Source: Planctomycetota bacterium
GTDB taxonomy: Bacteria > Planctomycetota > Planctomycetia > Pirellulales > Lacipirellulaceae
Length of the DNA: 64,000 bases
Direction of reading: 5' to 3'
NCBI GenBank assembly: GCA_039190745.1
Contig: JBCCXZ010000004.1
Location: forward strand, 32,001-96,000
Part shown: piece by piece, positions 60,372 through 64,000 of the stretch
Numbering within the stretch: the first letter of the stretch is position 1
How the letters are laid out: each line of letters begins with the position of its first letter
Made by a program: the position numbers and the translations under genes
The notes under the pieces: generated by a model
The model's database searches: none
What the model was told of the DNA's origin: nothing
What the model saw: the letters and a program-made list of their open reading frames with translations, nothing else

Positions 60372-60538
60372 GCGTCGAACGCGAGCAACGCCGACAGGCT
60401 GTCTCCGAACTCCTGAGCAGGGCTGCCTATCGAGTTATCAAACAACTCGGCCGCGCCCATCGGATGGACGCGGCCGAGTCTACAGTAAAACCACTAGCGA
60501 CGAACAACGCCAGCAAATTGCGGCGTCGTGAGCCGCAC

Positions 60539-61840
60539 TTAGCCGTTGCGGCGACGGCCGGCGAGCAAGGCCAAGCCCAGCCCGACGAGCGACACGGCGG
60601 CCGGCTCGGGAACGGCGCCGACGGCCGAGACCGGCAGTTCACCGGTGCCGAACTCGCTCTCGAAGTCGCCGTTGAGGTCTTCACCCAAACGCTGACCTGC
60701 GAGTGCGTCGGCTACGTCGACATCGCCGTCCGAGTCGTAGTCTGCGTTCAGGCTCGGGATCAAGTCGCCCTCGATAACCAGGTTATCGAACACCACCACC
60801 TCTTGGTCGCTGTTGTTGTTTCCGTTGTAGGAGAGCGAGAGAGTGGTGCCCGTACCGGAGACAGGAAAGGTAAACGTCGTCAAGTCGTTATCCAGTGCGG
60901 TCCCACCGTTCACAAGGAGCGGCTCGAGGTAGAGTTCAAGCTCTTGGGCATCGGACTCGAACGGAGTGCCGCTGGTGGGCGTAACGTACTCGCGGTAGGC
61001 CCTGCTGGTGGTGCCGTCCTGCCTCTCGGTGAGTCCGTCCATATCGGTATCGAATGTGTTGAAACCGATGATTTCAGTCCCGTCGCTGGCAATGAACGCG
61101 GGCCCAATCGAACCGGCGACAGGCAGGTCAAACGGGGTGGTCTGGCCGGCCCATTCATTCCAGGCCACGTCCTCGAAGAAGGCGCCGAAGAAGTCGGTGT
61201 AGGTGACGCCGCCTTCCATGGTCACCGAGTAGCAGGTCACGCAAGGAGCAGCGCCGCTGGGGCCGGTCTCCTCCGCGTAGGCAAGCGACATCAGCGGCTG
61301 TGCCGTCCCGCCGTCGATGCTGGCGGTTAGCGAGTGCACGTCGGACGCCTCGAAGTTGCCGATCGCGGCCAAGTCGAGCGACACGCTGATGTTCTGGTAA
61401 CCGCTGATGTCGAACGTCCAGTCGATAGAAACGTCACCCGAAAGGTTATTGCTGTTGGCGGTGTCGGACATGGCTACGACCCCATCGGTCTTGCTGCTGC
61501 CAAGGACACCGAACTGGTCCCCGGCAAAGCTGCCGGCCGAGTCGTCGGCGACGTCGAAGTTGATGCCGCGGGTGGTGACGCCGAAGTAGTCGAAGTTGCT
61601 GCCGCCGAAGGTGCCCGGGTTGCCGCCGAAGCCAGTGTTGTCGGCGTTGTTGGGCGTGAAGGTCCGTGAGGTAAAGTTCGACGCCGACGCGTCGCTGCCT
61701 ACCTGGAAGAAAACTCCCCCCAAGGGCGAGAACGCTGAGTTGAAGTCGTCGCGGCCGATCTCTACGGCGAAACCCGGCGTGGCAACGGCGAGCGCGGCCA
61801 AGAGGCCGGTGATGCCTCTACGCTTGATGCTGTTGGTCAT
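60539..61840 (-). CDS. Secreted PEP-CTERM protein of unknown function
   Basis: Signal peptide ending PGFA; VPEPAAVSLVGLGLALLAGRRR tail; DYDSDGDVD. Confidence 0.88.
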   Translation of the reverse strand: MTNSIKRRGITGLLAALAVATPGFAVEIGRDDFNSAFSPLGGVFFQVGSDASASNFTSRTFTPNNADNTGFGGNPGTFGGSNFDYFGVTTRGINFDVADDSAGSFAGDQFGVLGSSKTDGVVAMSDTANSNNLSGDVSIDWTFDISGYQNISVSLDLAAIGNFEASDVHSLTASIDGGTAQPLMSLAYAEETGPSGAAPCVTCYSVTMEGGVTYTDFFGAFFEDVAWNEWAGQTTPFDLPVAGSIGPAFIASDGTEIIGFNTFDTDMDGLTERQDGTTSRAYREYVTPTSGTPFESDAQELELYLEPLLVNGGTALDNDLTTFTFPVSGTGTTLSLSYNGNNNSDQEVVVFDNLVIEGDLIPSLNADYDSDGDVDVADALAGQRLGEDLNGDFESEFGTGELPVSAVGAVPEPAAVSLVGLGLALLAGRRRNG

Positions 61841-62578
61841 GAGTACTCTTGTCCTTCTCTAAGGTGTTTCCGTCGCGGTAAGTTACCCCACGCAACCCAA
61901 CGCAACCCATCTTCAAAAAGTGCTTGTGTCTACTCTCTCTAGCAAGGCCCGGAAGCCCCGTCTCGAACTCCATCGAATCGACTGCTGCACCGACGATCAT
62001 CGATAAGCCGTCAGGACGATGAAACTAACGTTTCTGTTGCCTCCAAACCGGAGCCGAAACAAGGCGGAATCAGCCAGCCGCCATAGCAGTCGGCAGTTAC
62101 TCCCCCTATCCGACTAGCGAACAACCGGCGATGTCTCCAATTGACGATATCTCCCAAAAGAACACTGTCTCCTACAAAGAACGCTCAACGCCAGACCTCG
62201 CCGGGAACACCCGTTGCTCGATACTCAATGGCGCGAAGGGGCACCCTCCGAAGACCATAGTTCGAGCGCAGAAATGAGCGGCGTGGTACCTGGCGAGCCC
62301 TCAGGCCGCAGGCGTAGCAAGGCGGGAAACGAATCAAACTCCAAAAACAGTAGGCGGTCGTATTCTAAGGTCGACGGCGCACAGAAATCAATCATTTGAC
62401 CGGCAAGTTCACGAATACTTCTCGAAATCGACTAGGATTCAGGCGATTCTATTTCTCCTAGCCTAGTAGAATCGAATCGTGGCACTGCGCAAGAAAGCCT
62501 ACTGTTCTCGAAAGCCGGAGCCTCTTGTTTTCCGTGCAGGTAAAACGCATGAGATGGTACGGCAAGGCCCATTTACCA

Positions 62579-63979
62579 ATGGATCGCGAAGAGTCATCCG
62601 GAGCGACGCAGGCCTCTTTGCTCCAGAATACGCGTTCAAGTGGGACGGTAACGTGTTTCCTCGCCCTGGCCTTCGGATTCTTGACGCCCTGCTTGGGTGA
62701 AGCCCAGGTCGGCGCCGCGGAGCAACAAGAAACCGTCCGCTTTGCGACGTTCAACGTTTCGCTTTACGGTCAGAACCACTCAGAAGTTGCATCAAGACTA
62801 GCCAGCCGAGGCGATCCCCAGATCTCGGCAGTTGCTGAGATCATTCGCCACGTGCGGCCCGATGTCCTGCTCTTGAATGAGTTCGACTTCCCCTCAGTAG
62901 CAACAGGGCCCGTCGAACCTACCGCGGAGAGTCGTCTGCAACTGCTCAAACTCTTCCAGCAAAATTACTTAGAGACCCCGCAAACCGACGGCGATCCGAC
63001 CGCAAAGGCATCAGAACCAATCCGCTTTGCGCATCGCTTCACTGCTCCGGTCAACACCGGAGTCCACTCGGGCTTCGACCTCGACCGAAACGGAAGCACC
63101 GACCCCAACCCAGGTTCCGCCGACTACAGCGGTGACTGCTGGGGCTACGGCGCCTACCCCGGGCAGTACGGCATGGCGGTGCTTTCGCGGTACCCAATCG
63201 ACTACCAAGGAATCCGAACATTCCAGCAATTCCTATGGAAAGATATGCCCGGGGCAAAACTACCCAACGACCCCGCTGGTGCAGAGGCTGCAGGTTGGTA
63301 CTCGAAAGAGGCTCTAGCGGGCTTTCGCCTGTCCTCAAAGAGCCACTGGGACGTGCCGATCGTGATCGGCTCTCGCCGGCTCCACCTCCTCGCCTCGCAC
63401 CCCACGCCCCCTGTGTTCGATGGCCCCGAGGACCGGAACGGGCGACGGAATCACGACGAGATTAGGCTTTGGGCCGACTACCTTTCAGGAGGAGAGACCG
63501 CGGCATACCTCTACGACGACCAGGGAAGACGAGGCGGCCTGGATCCCGAGACGCTGTTTCTCGTGGCCGGAGATTTGAACTGTGATCCGGTAGACGGAGA
63601 GGGTGGCGCCGCCATTCAGCAGTTGCTGAAGCACCCGAAGATCGAGCCGTTGCCCGTCCCGGCGTCAGCCGGGGCCGCCGAGCAAGCCAGGCTGCAGGGC
63701 GGCGCCAACGCTGGTCACGCGGGCAGCCACAGCCACGACACCTGCGATCCGCCCGATGCCGACGGCCCAGGCAACCTGCGGCTCGACTACGTTCTGCCCT
63801 CGCAAGGCCTAAGGATTAAAGGCTCTGGGGTATTCTGGCCCGAGTCCGCCGATCCCCTGTTTGGGCTTGTCGGGACTCATCCCTTCCCGAGCTCCGACCA
63901 CCGGCTGGTTTGGATCGATGTGATCATGGGAGCCCGCTCCTCGATTACTGCTGCCTCGCAGAAATCCGCGGATCATTAG
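62579..63979 (+). CDS. EEP-family phosphatase/nuclease
   Basis: RFATFN, PDVLLLNEFD, LSSKSHWD, SHPTPPVFDG, AGDLN, NLRLDYVLP, SSDHRLVW; start uncertain. Confidence 0.88.
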   Translation: MDREESSGATQASLLQNTRSSGTVTCFLALAFGFLTPCLGEAQVGAAEQQETVRFATFNVSLYGQNHSEVASRLASRGDPQISAVAEIIRHVRPDVLLLNEFDFPSVATGPVEPTAESRLQLLKLFQQNYLETPQTDGDPTAKASEPIRFAHRFTAPVNTGVHSGFDLDRNGSTDPNPGSADYSGDCWGYGAYPGQYGMAVLSRYPIDYQGIRTFQQFLWKDMPGAKLPNDPAGAEAAGWYSKEALAGFRLSSKSHWDVPIVIGSRRLHLLASHPTPPVFDGPEDRNGRRNHDEIRLWADYLSGGETAAYLYDDQGRRGGLDPETLFLVAGDLNCDPVDGEGGAAIQQLLKHPKIEPLPVPASAGAAEQARLQGGANAGHAGSHSHDTCDPPDADGPGNLRLDYVLPSQGLRIKGSGVFWPESADPLFGLVGTHPFPSSDHRLVWIDVIMGARSSITAASQKSADH

Positions 63980-64000
63980 GAGCATTGGGGGCTAAAGCGT

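Overview
High-GC bacterial DNA that is very likely planctomycete (Pirellulales-like). The evidence is five PEP-CTERM proteins with dockerin-like D-x-D-x-D-G-D-V-D repeats, ECF sigma/Ser-Thr kinase genes and many lipoproteins. About 50 genes are present. The window opens with a starch/maltodextrin utilisation cluster (two PEP-CTERM proteins, a GH13 lipoprotein, a MalE-MalF fusion and MalG). It then carries membrane and stress genes, galE, a photolyase, two ECF sigma factors, recG-rnhA-histidine kinase-priA, nadD, pduO, glnB-glnD, mutM, trpB/trpA, ABC genes and a diadenylate cyclase, and ends with a block of EEP-family nuclease/phosphatase and PEP-CTERM genes. No rRNA, tRNA, CRISPR array or transposase was seen. 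The most unusual signal is intergenic: at least four distinct families of long imperfect inverted repeats whose arms are built from 3-4 tandem units of about 8-11 bp (CAGAT, GGGGAT, CACGGAG and CTAAT types). They recur in the window, nest inside one another or around a GTAG REP doublet, sometimes supply the stop codons of flanking genes, and in one case sit next to a small ORF that splits trpB from trpA. Start codons were often moved downstream of the ORF-track starts and are my judgement. Family assignments are from motif recognition only, with no database search.
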